A stretch of 64,000 nt of DNA, from NCBI GenBank assembly GCA_963737265.1, contig CAVTRY010000023.1, forward strand, positions 64,001-128,000. Direction: 5' to 3'. Under the pieces are notes generated by a model that was given only the letters and a program-made list of their open reading frames with translations, did not search any database and was not told the DNA's origin. The position numbers and the translations under genes were made by a program. This document shows, piece by piece, positions 40,272 to 49,741 of the stretch; the stretch's first letter is position 1; each line of letters opens with the position of its first letter. This DNA is from an uncultured delta proteobacterium. Lineage in GTDB: Bacteria; Myxococcota_A; Polyangia; Fen-1088.

Positions 40272-42137
40272 TTGTCCAAGAATTCCTCGCGCAACGGTGA
40301 AACAGCGGCGGCGTCCCGCGCGGCGACGTCGGCCTCGCCCGTACGAAGCGCGCTGGCGGCAGAGCCGCGGCCGGTGCTGCTGCTGTGGGCGCTGGCCGCG
40401 CTTCTGACTTGGTGGTCGTTCGGCTTCACGACCATGCTGGGATCGGATCTGTGGTGGCACCTGGCGTCTGGGCGGTGGATTTGGACCACCCGCACGCTGA
40501 ATTTCACGGATCCGTGGTCGTTCACGCGCCACGGGCAACCCTGGCTGAGCCACGAGTGGCTTTCCGATCTCATCTTCCACGCCTGGTCGAGCCTGCTCGG
40601 CATGGCGACGCTGGTGTGGTGGAAGTGGTCGGTTCTGGTCGGCGCCTTTTTCGTCCTGTTCGCGGTGCTGCGGCGGCTCTCCGGCAGCTCGCTCGCTGGC
40701 TATCTCGCAACCCTACTCGCCATGGCGGTGGGCGCGCCCTTCTTCGACGTGCGTCCGCAGCTCTACTCGGTCCTTGGCTTCGCCGTGCTGTTGCGGCTGG
40801 CGCTGCTGCCCTCGCGCTTTCGCTGGCTGCTGCCTATCGGATTCTTCTTTTGGGTGAACCTTCACGGCGGCTTCTTCTTCGGGTTGCTCGCGCTGACGGC
40901 CATTCTTACGCTGGCGCGCCTTTTCGGCGAGGCAGGGCGAAATTCTCTGCCGCTCTGGCTTACCTGCGTGGTCGTCTGTTTGCTCAATCCCAGCGGACCG
41001 GACGCCTACGTCTTTTCCCTGCATTACGCCCTCAACCCGAAATCCGCTTACCTGCACGTTGGGGAATGGAGGCCGCTGTGGGAGCCAGGCGGAATTCGGT
41101 CGATGCTCTACTATCCCGCGATTGGCGCCTTTGCGCTGTCCGCGGCGGCGACGTTCTACGCTGGCCTTCACCGCAGACACGCTCGCCTGTCATTCACGAG
41201 TCTGGCGCTCGGGCTCTTGACCTTGGCCATGTCCCTGCGAAGCCGCCGCTTCATTCCGCTCTTCGGCATGGCGCAGGGTCTGGTGTTGGCGCCGGTGCTC
41301 GGCGTCTTGCTGGCGCGTCTGGGCGCGTTCCTTCTGGGACGCTTCTTGTGGTTGCGCCGGCCCTATCCGTGGCGACTGTTAGTGCCGGCGCTTGCGTTCA
41401 GCCTGGGCTTGTTCTGGCTCGCGCCCTACCCGCTGTCGAAGAACGCCTTCCTCTATCTCACCAGCCAGGACAGCTTTCCCGTCGAGACCTTGAATGTCGC
41501 CCAAGCCAACCGCCTGGAGGGAAAGGTCTTCTCATTCTACGAATGGGGCGGCTATGTCGATCTGCGCACCAACGGCCGCTTGCAGGTCTTCATCGACGGC
41601 CGCGCCGATACCGTATTCGACGAGAAAATCTACCGGCGCTACACGCGCGTTCTCGGCCTTGCGCCAGGTTGGGAAGACATCGTCGACACATCCGGCGCCG
41701 ACTATTTCCTGTGGCCAAGGCGCCAGCACCGGCAGATTCAGGCGCTGCGCGATTCCGGACAGTGGCGCACGCTCTACTCCGACCACGTTGCGACGCTGCT
41801 CGGTCGCAGCGACGGCTCGGTGCGAGGCCCGCTTGGGCCATCGCCCGATTCCGCCTGGCGCGAGCTGGCGCTCGGCTGGTCGGCCGCCGGAACCAACAAG
41901 TTGCCCGAGGCTGAAGCGCATTTTCAGCGCGCGCTCAACATGATGCCCAACCTGCGCATGGCCTGCGAGTGGTTGGCGAATACTCAAGCCAGGAGCAACC
42001 GGCTGGAGCAAGCCGAGACGACCCTGAATCGTTGCCAGAAGTCATTTCCAGATCCGCCGCGCCGCAAAGAGCTGCTTTCCCTGTTCCACAGCCGATCCGA
42101 GGAAATGGCGCACGATCCCGGTGTCTTTCCGCGTTAA
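40272..42137 (+). CDS. Polytopic membrane protein, GT-C glycosyltransferase-like, with C-terminal TPR
   Basis: DLWWHLASG, HEWL, VRPQ, WVNLHGGF, EW, YEWGGY, FIDGR; more than 10 TM helices. Confidence 0.7.
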   Translation: MSKNSSRNGETAAASRAATSASPVRSALAAEPRPVLLLWALAALLTWWSFGFTTMLGSDLWWHLASGRWIWTTRTLNFTDPWSFTRHGQPWLSHEWLSDLIFHAWSSLLGMATLVWWKWSVLVGAFFVLFAVLRRLSGSSLAGYLATLLAMAVGAPFFDVRPQLYSVLGFAVLLRLALLPSRFRWLLPIGFFFWVNLHGGFFFGLLALTAILTLARLFGEAGRNSLPLWLTCVVVCLLNPSGPDAYVFSLHYALNPKSAYLHVGEWRPLWEPGGIRSMLYYPAIGAFALSAAATFYAGLHRRHARLSFTSLALGLLTLAMSLRSRRFIPLFGMAQGLVLAPVLGVLLARLGAFLLGRFLWLRRPYPWRLLVPALAFSLGLFWLAPYPLSKNAFLYLTSQDSFPVETLNVAQANRLEGKVFSFYEWGGYVDLRTNGRLQVFIDGRADTVFDEKIYRRYTRVLGLAPGWEDIVDTSGADYFLWPRRQHRQIQALRDSGQWRTLYSDHVATLLGRSDGSVRGPLGPSPDSAWRELALGWSAAGTNKLPEAEAHFQRALNMMPNLRMACEWLANTQARSNRLEQAETTLNRCQKSFPDPPRRKELLSLFHSRSEEMAHDPGVFPR

Positions 42138-42329
42138 CCACGGGCGTCAATAGCCGAGCCGAACCTCCATTATTGCGGCAATAGCACGTTTTTCCCTGAC
42201 GACCGTGGCTACTTTCCTGCCCGTACATAGGTGCATCTCACGGCACACTGCACACACACTTGATTATCGCCCGAAGGCAGCAAACAATGGCCGCCTTCAA
42301 GACTCCTCACATCCGCGCGGAAAAAAAAC

Positions 42330-45300
42330 ATGAACAGAATCAGATTCGCACTTTTCGCCCTTCTCGTTGGATCCATCGGCGCGTGCGGGGGACGCAGCGC
42401 CCTCAAACCGCTCGGCGACGGAGGTGGTACGAACGATGTCGGTGCGATTCTAGACGTGAAAGCCGACGTCGCAAAGCCAGCCGACGGTGCCCGCGATTCC
42501 GCCGCGCCAGATATGGCCGGACCCGATCAACCGATACCCGACGTCGCCTCGCCTGACCTTGCCAAAAACCCGGACCTTCCAGGCATCGTCGACGCTCGTG
42601 ACGCTGGACCAGGCATCGACAGCCGCGACACGGCTGTCATCGACACCAGACCCGGCAGCGGCAACGATCTTGGCGGCGATACGGCACCGACGTTGGCCAG
42701 CATCGGCCTCACGCCACCCAGCCCCGTCATCGTGGTCGGCGTTCCCTACACCGGCCTGGTCGTCACCGCGATCCTTTCCGACGGTACCTCATCCGACGTG
42801 ACGGCGAGCGCTGCCTTCACATCCAGCGACACGACCGTCGTGCAGATTTCGGGGCATACCTTGAACGGGCTCAAGGCCGGTTCGGCAACCATCACCGCGA
42901 CCTATTCGGGCAAGACCTCCACCGCGACGGTTACGGTTTCGAGCTCGCCGCTCAAGACTCTCTCGGTCGACAGTGTCGTGCCGGTTCCCGTGGGGCAATT
43001 CATTCTCGTCACGGCGACCGGGGTGCTCGCGGACGGAACGAAAGTGGATGTCACGGCGCAAGCCACGTGGGCCTCGTCCGACGCCACGCTCGCGACCGTG
43101 GCGATCGACGCTACAAGTGGGGAGGAGAAGGTCGTCGGCGTCGCGGCGGGAACAGTGACTGTCACGGCGACCGTGTTAGGAGTTGTCGGCACCGCAGCCG
43201 TGACCGTAACCGCCTCGCCCATGACGAGGATCGATCTCACCCCGGTTCAACCCATTTTACAGCGAGGTGTGTCCCAGCCCTTCCAGGCCACCGCGACGTT
43301 CGCCGACGGAACCACGGGCGATGTCACCCAGCAGGCAACCTGGACGACCAGCAGCGCCGCCATTGCAACGGTTACCTCGGGTGCCACCGGCGTGGTCGTG
43401 AAAGCGGTCGCGGTCGGCACGGCGACCATCTCGGCCACCGTGGGAACCATCAAAGGCTCGACGACGGTCACGGTCACGGCGCCGACGCTTCTATCCATCG
43501 CCGTCAGCCCGGCAGCCTGGTTGCCCAACGTGGGCGGAACGCAGTCCTTCACGGCGACGGGAACATTCTCGGACACCACCACCGCGGACCTAACCGTCTC
43601 GGCAACGTGGTCATCGTCCAGCCCAACCTCGTTCTCGATTTCCAATGCCGCCGGGCAGAAGGGGCAGGCCACGGCGCTCGCCGTCGGGACGGGCGTCGTT
43701 CAGGCCAGCTTCGCCGGCGTGATTGGAACGGCCAAGGTGGCCGTGACCTCGTCGCCGCTCGCGGGCATCAAGGTCACACCCAATCCGCTCGCCATCGTGC
43801 TCGGCCTCAAGGGATCGCTGCTGGCGACCGGCGCCTATCAAAACGGGACCTCCCAGGACATCACCACCCAGGTGGCCTGGACAGTTGCCGACGGAACGAT
43901 TGCCAGCGTGTCGAATGTCGCTGCGACCGCAGGACAAGTCTCCGGCCTTGCGGTCGGCACGACGACGGTCACCGCCACACTTGCCGGCATCAGCGGTCAG
44001 GCTGCGGTAACCGTCTCCCAGGCCAAGCTCATCGGCATCACCGTGGCCCCGGCCACAGCCAACGTCACCGCCGGCGTCACACAGGCGTTCACAGCGACCG
44101 GCAACTACGACAACGGCGCCACGCCTGATCTCACCACGCAGGTGACGTGGACATCGAGCAACATCGGCGTAGCCCAAGTGTCCAACGCCGCCGGCAGCAA
44201 CGGGCTGGCCAGCTCGCTCGTCGCCGGCACCGCAACCATCACCGCGACCCTCACTGGCGTGTCGGGCACGGCCACGCTGACCGTGGGAGCGCCTCTGCTC
44301 TCGTCCATCATAATCGCGCCCGCCTCGGCAAGCATTCAAGTGGGCGCCACGCAAGCCTTCACGGTCGCTGCTGTTTATCAAAATGGCACGACCGCCCCCG
44401 TTCTTGGCGCGTGGATGTCTTCAGATCCGTCGGTGGCGACGATTCCAGCCACAGGCCGGCGAGCGGTGGCGACCGCAGTGGCGGCTGGCACCACGACGAT
44501 CACGGTGACTTTCCAAGGCCAGACCGACGCGGCGCTGCTGACGGTCACCGCGGTGCCAACCCTGGTCGGACTCACGGTCACGCCACAAAACCCAGCCACC
44601 ATCCTGGCTGGCGCTACCCAACAGTTCCAAGCCAACGCCATCAAGAGCGACGGAAGCTCAACGGTGGTGACGGGAGCCGCGACTTGGACGAGCTCCGATG
44701 CGACCGTCGCATCGGTTTCAAACGGCGGCGGACCCGGTCCGGGTGGCGGCGGTCGGGGGCTTGCCACCGGCATCGGCGCCGGCACGGCCACCATCACTGC
44801 CACCTATCAAGGACAGACGGCCACTGCCACCCTCAGCGTGCGCAGCCCCGCACCGACTGGCTTGATCCTCAACCCCGCGACGGCCGCGATCCGGGTCAAC
44901 GGGACGCAGCAGTTCCAAGCCCTCGTCACGCTGGACGACGGAACCACGCAAACGGTAACCAACGCCGCCTCGTGGACCACCTCCGACGGTACGGTCGCCA
45001 GCATCACGACGGGCGGCGGCCCAGGCGGACCGGGCGGTCCGGGTGGTGGTGGCCGCGGTCTCGCCACCGGCATCGGCGCCGGCACGGTCACGATTACCGC
45101 AACCTACAGTGGCTTCACCGCAAAGGCGACACTGACGGTGTCGGCCGCGACGCCAGTTGATCTCGTGGTCACACCCCCGGCGCCGAAGCTTGTCGTCGGC
45201 GCGGCGCAAGCCTTCGTGGCAACGCTGGTGTTCGACGACAACACTACATCGGTCGTCACTGGCCAGGCAACGTGGAGCTCCTCGGATCCCACGGTCGCGA

Positions 45301-46238
45301 CCGTCACGACCGCCGGCGGTGGGCCGTTCGGCGGAGGCGGAGGTGGCGGCGTCGCAACCGCCGCCGGGGATGGAACCAGCACCATCACGGCCGAGTTCGA
45401 CGGTCTTTCTGGAACGGCGGTTCTCACGGTGACCGATCCACCCATTTCCTTCGTCCAAATAACGCCCACGAATCCCAACATTCCGGTCCAAGGTGCGGTC
45501 CAGTTCACGGCAACAGCGGTATTCACCGACAACTCGACCCGCAACGTAACCGGACAGTCGACCTGGAGCGCATCGGACTCCACCGTCGCCGTGGTGGCAA
45601 ACTCAGGTGCTACCATCGGCCGCGCCACTGGACTTGGGGCCGGCACGGCCACCATCACGGCGACCTACCGGGGAACGTCGGGGTCGTCGCTGCTGACCGT
45701 GGCCCAGAGTGTAACGTCGATCGCAGTCACGCCGACCAACCCGACCACGGTCCTTGGGATCCCGGTGATCTTCAATGCGACGGCAACCCTTTCGAACAAT
45801 GCGACCCTGATTGTTACGGCCGATTCGTCCTGGGTTTCCTCAGATTCAACCGTTGCCACCGTGAACGCGACGGGTGGCGCGGTTCCGGAAAAGGCCGGCA
45901 CCACCAGCATCACCGCGACCTATCTCGGCATGTCCGGCAGCAGCACGCTGACCGTCAGCACGGCAACGCTGTCGTCGATCGGCATCGCCCCCAACCCGGT
46001 CACCATCGCGAACGGTGCCTCGCTGCAACTCGCCGCCACGGGAACCTACAGCGACTCGTCCACGCACGATCTCACCAGCGTGGCCACCTGGCTGTCGTCA
46101 ACCCCAGGCTCCGCCAGCGTTTCCAACGCGAGCGGATCGCGTGGCCTGCTCACCGCGACCGGCAGTGGCACGACCTCGGTAACTGCGGTGTTTCAAGGCG
46201 TCACCTCCGCGGCCGACACCATCACGGTCACGCCGTAA
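42330..46238 (+). CDS. Large surface lipoprotein with 13 tandem bacterial Ig-like (Big_2) repeats
   Basis: Lipobox IGAC, Asp/Pro linker, ~90-aa repeats (L..I.VTP..FTATG.Y.DG...DVT..ATW.SS..VA.V..G.ATITA). Confidence 0.88.
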   Translation: MNRIRFALFALLVGSIGACGGRSALKPLGDGGGTNDVGAILDVKADVAKPADGARDSAAPDMAGPDQPIPDVASPDLAKNPDLPGIVDARDAGPGIDSRDTAVIDTRPGSGNDLGGDTAPTLASIGLTPPSPVIVVGVPYTGLVVTAILSDGTSSDVTASAAFTSSDTTVVQISGHTLNGLKAGSATITATYSGKTSTATVTVSSSPLKTLSVDSVVPVPVGQFILVTATGVLADGTKVDVTAQATWASSDATLATVAIDATSGEEKVVGVAAGTVTVTATVLGVVGTAAVTVTASPMTRIDLTPVQPILQRGVSQPFQATATFADGTTGDVTQQATWTTSSAAIATVTSGATGVVVKAVAVGTATISATVGTIKGSTTVTVTAPTLLSIAVSPAAWLPNVGGTQSFTATGTFSDTTTADLTVSATWSSSSPTSFSISNAAGQKGQATALAVGTGVVQASFAGVIGTAKVAVTSSPLAGIKVTPNPLAIVLGLKGSLLATGAYQNGTSQDITTQVAWTVADGTIASVSNVAATAGQVSGLAVGTTTVTATLAGISGQAAVTVSQAKLIGITVAPATANVTAGVTQAFTATGNYDNGATPDLTTQVTWTSSNIGVAQVSNAAGSNGLASSLVAGTATITATLTGVSGTATLTVGAPLLSSIIIAPASASIQVGATQAFTVAAVYQNGTTAPVLGAWMSSDPSVATIPATGRRAVATAVAAGTTTITVTFQGQTDAALLTVTAVPTLVGLTVTPQNPATILAGATQQFQANAIKSDGSSTVVTGAATWTSSDATVASVSNGGGPGPGGGGRGLATGIGAGTATITATYQGQTATATLSVRSPAPTGLILNPATAAIRVNGTQQFQALVTLDDGTTQTVTNAASWTTSDGTVASITTGGGPGGPGGPGGGGRGLATGIGAGTVTITATYSGFTAKATLTVSAATPVDLVVTPPAPKLVVGAAQAFVATLVFDDNTTSVVTGQATWSSSDPTVATVTTAGGGPFGGGGGGGVATAAGDGTSTITAEFDGLSGTAVLTVTDPPISFVQITPTNPNIPVQGAVQFTATAVFTDNSTRNVTGQSTWSASDSTVAVVANSGATIGRATGLGAGTATITATYRGTSGSSLLTVAQSVTSIAVTPTNPTTVLGIPVIFNATATLSNNATLIVTADSSWVSSDSTVATVNATGGAVPEKAGTTSITATYLGMSGSSTLTVSTATLSSIGIAPNPVTIANGASLQLAATGTYSDSSTHDLTSVATWLSSTPGSASVSNASGSRGLLTATGSGTTSVTAVFQGVTSAADTITVTP

Positions 46239-47052
46239 CGGCGCCCGAGCGGACGACGAAACCGACCATCTGGCCCGTGCGTCGTCCGCTCTTCCTGAAG
46301 GAGTAGAAGCGCCGGCCCGGATCGCAGAAGGTGCAGTCCGTGCTGACGTCGATGTTCTCTGATGGAACGCCCGAGGCTTCGAGCTGCAGCAATTGAAACA
46401 GGCGCAGATCGATGCGTGGCTTGCGGGTGCCGCTGCGAACGACAATTCCGTTTTCCAGAGCCGCCGGCATGACCGCGCTGAAGGCGCCGACAACCTCCGG
46501 GCCGACTTCAAAACAACACGGGCCGATGCACGGACCCAGCACCGCGTGCAAGTCGCGCGGCCGGCAGCCAAATTGAGAAGCCAGGGCTTTCACGCCTGCG
46601 CGAGCCATGCCGGCGGCGGTACCCCGCCAGCCCGCGTGTAGCACCGCGCACGCGCCCGTGCGCGAACACGTCATCACGATGGGCGTGCAGTCCGCCACGT
46701 GCACGGAGAGCCCCACGCCCGGTTCGTCGCTGCAAAGCCCGTCGGCCTCTACGGCAGCGATGGCTCGGGCGTCGTCGCTGCGGCGCACGCGCACGATGCG
46801 GACGCCATGGACCTGGGATGCGCGGAACATGACGTCGGCGCCAGAACCGGCCAGCAAGCGCCGATGGTTTTCGTCCACGCATGCGCGTTGGTCGCCCCAT
46901 TTCCAGCCCAGGTTCAGCGAATCGAACGGCGGCGGGCTCACGCCTCCCGCGCGCGTGGTGAAGCCGTGGTGGAACCCCTTGGCCAGTGTTGCAGAAACGA
47001 GCAAGGGCACCTCGATACCGTCAGCGATGGAGATCGTCGTTGTTTCCACCAT
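46228..47052 (-). CDS. pgeF: PgeF/YfiH purine nucleoside phosphorylase (laccase-domain)
   Basis: HGFTTRAGGVS, SLNLG, QVHG, ADC, HAGWRG, GPCIGPCCFEVG, YSFR. Confidence 0.92.
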   Translation of the reverse strand: MVETTTISIADGIEVPLLVSATLAKGFHHGFTTRAGGVSPPPFDSLNLGWKWGDQRACVDENHRRLLAGSGADVMFRASQVHGVRIVRVRRSDDARAIAAVEADGLCSDEPGVGLSVHVADCTPIVMTCSRTGACAVLHAGWRGTAAGMARAGVKALASQFGCRPRDLHAVLGPCIGPCCFEVGPEVVGAFSAVMPAALENGIVVRSGTRKPRIDLRLFQLLQLEASGVPSENIDVSTDCTFCDPGRRFYSFRKSGRRTGQMVGFVVRSGAVTA

Positions 47053-48041
47053 CACACCAGCGCGCGCAGTGCCGCAAGCGCAGCCATGAAGTCCTCCGGC
47101 GGCGCAGATTCGAATTCCACCCACGCGCCCGTCTTGGGGTGATGGAACCCCAGCGTGCGGGCGTGCAGGGCTTGCCGGCCGAGCGTCTTGCCGATCTCGC
47201 GTACCTTCTCGTCGCGCGGCGGCCGGCCATACGTCGCATCGCCAAGCAGCGGACATCCCAGAGCGGCGAAGTGCACGCGAACCTGATGCGTTCGCCCGGT
47301 TTCCAGCTCGGCCTGCACGCGCGAAGCCTTGCCCAGGTCTTCCACCAAGCTCCAGTTGGTAATCGCCCGCTTGCCGGTCCGAACCTTGATGCTGAACTTC
47401 TTGCGATCGTGAGGATCGCGCCCGTGCAAGGTGTCGATGCGTCCCGACGCATGCGCCGGCCGGCCCACCAACAAAGCGTCGTAGACGCGCTTGATGCGAT
47501 GGATTTTGAAGTCGGCGCCAAGCGCGTTCATGGTCACGTCGTCCTTGGCCACGACCAGCAGGCCCGAGGTGTCCTTGTCGATCCGGTGCACGATACCGGG
47601 GCGCAGCTCGCCGCCGATGCCGCGCAGGTCTTTGCAATGGGCGAGCAGCGCGTTGACCAGCGTGCCATCTTCGTGCCCGGCGGCGGGATGCACCACCAGT
47701 CCGGGCGGCTTATCCACCACGACCAACTGCGCGTCCTCGAACACGATCCGCAACGGGATCTCCTCGGCAACGAGCTCGACCGCACGCACGGCTGGCGGCG
47801 TCCATACCACGATGTCCCCCGCCCGCACTTTCTGCGACTGAGAAGCCGGCTTGCCGTTCAAGGTGACGGCACCCTCGCCAATCTGGCGCGAAATCTGCGA
47901 ACGCGACACGTCCGCGATGCATTCGGCCAGCACGATGTCGAGCCGCTTGCCGGCAACACCGGCGGCAAGCGAAAACGTCCGCGATGGTCGAGGGATCCCG
48001 CCCGGCTCGGCGGCACGAGGACGTCGCGCGGCGGTCACCAA
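47052..48041 (-). CDS. rluD: RluD-type pseudouridine synthase
   Basis: S4 domain, KPPGLVVHP, GIVHRIDKDTSG, TGRTHQVRVH, QALHA; precedes pgeF. Confidence 0.9.
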   Translation of the reverse strand: MVTAARRPRAAEPGGIPRPSRTFSLAAGVAGKRLDIVLAECIADVSRSQISRQIGEGAVTLNGKPASQSQKVRAGDIVVWTPPAVRAVELVAEEIPLRIVFEDAQLVVVDKPPGLVVHPAAGHEDGTLVNALLAHCKDLRGIGGELRPGIVHRIDKDTSGLLVVAKDDVTMNALGADFKIHRIKRVYDALLVGRPAHASGRIDTLHGRDPHDRKKFSIKVRTGKRAITNWSLVEDLGKASRVQAELETGRTHQVRVHFAALGCPLLGDATYGRPPRDEKVREIGKTLGRQALHARTLGFHHPKTGAWVEFESAPPEDFMAALAALRALV

Positions 48042-48304
48042 ATTTTCGACTTGATGTTCTGCCCGCGCTGCTTGAGCAAGATATCCACCAGCGCGCGGTC
48101 GAACAGATTCGAGGCGGCAATGTCCGGCGTCACACGCGACTTGAAGTGCTGGCGTCCTTCCTCGATCTCATCCCTCATCGCATCGAACAGATTGTCGTTC
48201 TGGATCCCCTGGACCAGCTTGGCTTCGTTGTACATCGCAAGGTCAGAGGCAATCGCACGGGCGAACTGACGCGCTCTCTCCGGCTTGTCGATCAGCGGGG
48301 GCAT
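48035..48304 (-). CDS. Conserved small hypothetical protein
   Basis: ARQFARAIASDLAMYN..EIEEGR helical domain; overlaps the rluD start. Confidence 0.75.
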   Translation of the reverse strand: MPPLIDKPERARQFARAIASDLAMYNEAKLVQGIQNDNLFDAMRDEIEEGRQHFKSRVTPDIAASNLFDRALVDILLKQRGQNIKSKIW

Positions 48305-48369
48305 TGGGACTAAGTTACCTGATTCCGCGGCAAGGTGCGAATCGAGTTTGCAGACTTCACGCGCGTGCA

Positions 48370-48837
48370 CTACACGCGCTTCTTCGCGATCCTCGCGACA
48401 GCCTCGGCTGGCTTGAGACAGGTGACGTGCGTGGAGAAGTCCTTGAAGTCATCCCCGTTGAGGGTGACCACCAGAGGAACGTGGTGGACCATGGCCGCCG
48501 CGACGATATGAGCGTCGTGGATCTGCTTGCCCGTGGCAGGGGACTGCGCAAGGAGTCCGAGCAGAGTCGGCAAGAGCGGCCTCTCTTCGGGCAGAAGGCG
48601 GATGTGCTCGCGAAAACCGGCCAGGCTTTCTAGCGCGTCCAACAGCTCCAGGCCGAGCCCGTTGTTGGCGGGCGGGCGGGTGGCGACCACGAGGAACTCG
48701 CGGGCCACCTGGGCCGGGAAGACGAGTCCCTCGCGGCGCTCGATCAATTCGCGCGCGGCGCGGTGCTGGCCGCGAGCGCGGTTGGACGCCTCCAGCAACA
48801 CGCAGGTATCGACCAGCAGTGCGGCGCTATCGGCCAT
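48370..48837 (-). CDS. vapC: PIN-domain (VapC/FitB) toxin
   Basis: LVDTCVL, QVAREF, HDAHIVA, TLNGDDF acidic tetrad. Confidence 0.88.
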   Translation of the reverse strand: MADSAALLVDTCVLLEASNRARGQHRAARELIERREGLVFPAQVAREFLVVATRPPANNGLGLELLDALESLAGFREHIRLLPEERPLLPTLLGLLAQSPATGKQIHDAHIVAAAMVHHVPLVVTLNGDDFKDFSTHVTCLKPAEAVARIAKKRV

Positions 48838-49066
48838 CGTCGTCGTAGAGCTCGCCGCGCGACCAAGTCGCGCGCGTCGGGAGGTTCACGGTGTGGATCT
48901 TGAGCTCTCGGCGGTCTGGGTGCCCCGGTTTCCTCTCGGCCGTGCGCGCCTCCGACTCCAGGATGCTCTTGACCTCGCCCTGCAGGCTGCGGTTGTGACG
49001 CTTCGCCCGCGCCTTCAGTCGCGCAACGGCCGCGTCGTCCAGGTTTCGGATCAATAGTGATGCCAT
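48827..49066 (-). CDS. FitA-like ribbon-helix-helix antitoxin
   Basis: MASLLIRNLDD..LKARAKRHNRSLQGEVKSIL; overlaps the toxin start. Confidence 0.88.
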   Translation of the reverse strand: MASLLIRNLDDAAVARLKARAKRHNRSLQGEVKSILESEARTAERKPGHPDRRELKIHTVNLPTRATWSRGELYDDDGR

Positions 49067-49276
49067 AGCAAAACGATAGCATAGCATGATGCTGGTGCTC
49101 GCCACACGATTCGCAGAAGAGGTGTGCGAATCATGCCCGACCGATGCGCCAGCCCGATTAGCTCGCACCACAGCCTGACGCCCGGAGCCTGCAGCCTCAT
49201 GCCACGACCCTCAAAAGATCGTCGCGCCACGCGAAGAATCTCGGAGGTCGAAGATTGGAGTGTAAGCTAGGCACTC

Positions 49277-49741
49277 ATGAACCAAGCCATGTTGAAGATC
49301 GCGGTGGCCGCCGCCGCTACCCTGTTTCTCACCCGAACACCTGTCGCCGCCGACGAAACCTACCAGGTCACCAAGAGCGACGCTGCAACGACGGTGGGAG
49401 TCAAGGCCAAGGCCGACGTAACGATTCTGGCCAAGAAGGGTTGGCATCTCAACGCCGAGGCACCGCTCACGCTCAAGCTGACGCCCACGCCGGGCGTGGA
49501 GCTGGACAAGGCGAAGCTCGGTCGCGGCGATCTGGCCCTGTCGACCGAGAGCACGGCACGCTTCGAATTCACCCTGACATCGTCGGAGCCGGGCAAGAAG
49601 ACCATCGCGGCCGAGGCCAGCTTCGTGCTGTGCCAGGAGGAGTCGTGCCGCCCCATCCGGGAGAAACTGACGCTTTCGGTCGACGCGGCGGAGCCCAAGT
49701 CCAGCCCAGTCAAGAAGACCGCCAAGAAAGGCGCTCGCTAG
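49277..49741 (+). CDS. Exported protein, DsbD-N-like beta domain
   Basis: Signal peptide, GWHLNAEAP, LCQEESCRP. Confidence 0.65.
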   Translation: MNQAMLKIAVAAAATLFLTRTPVAADETYQVTKSDAATTVGVKAKADVTILAKKGWHLNAEAPLTLKLTPTPGVELDKAKLGRGDLALSTESTARFEFTLTSSEPGKKTIAAEASFVLCQEESCRPIREKLTLSVDAAEPKSSPVKKTAKKGAR

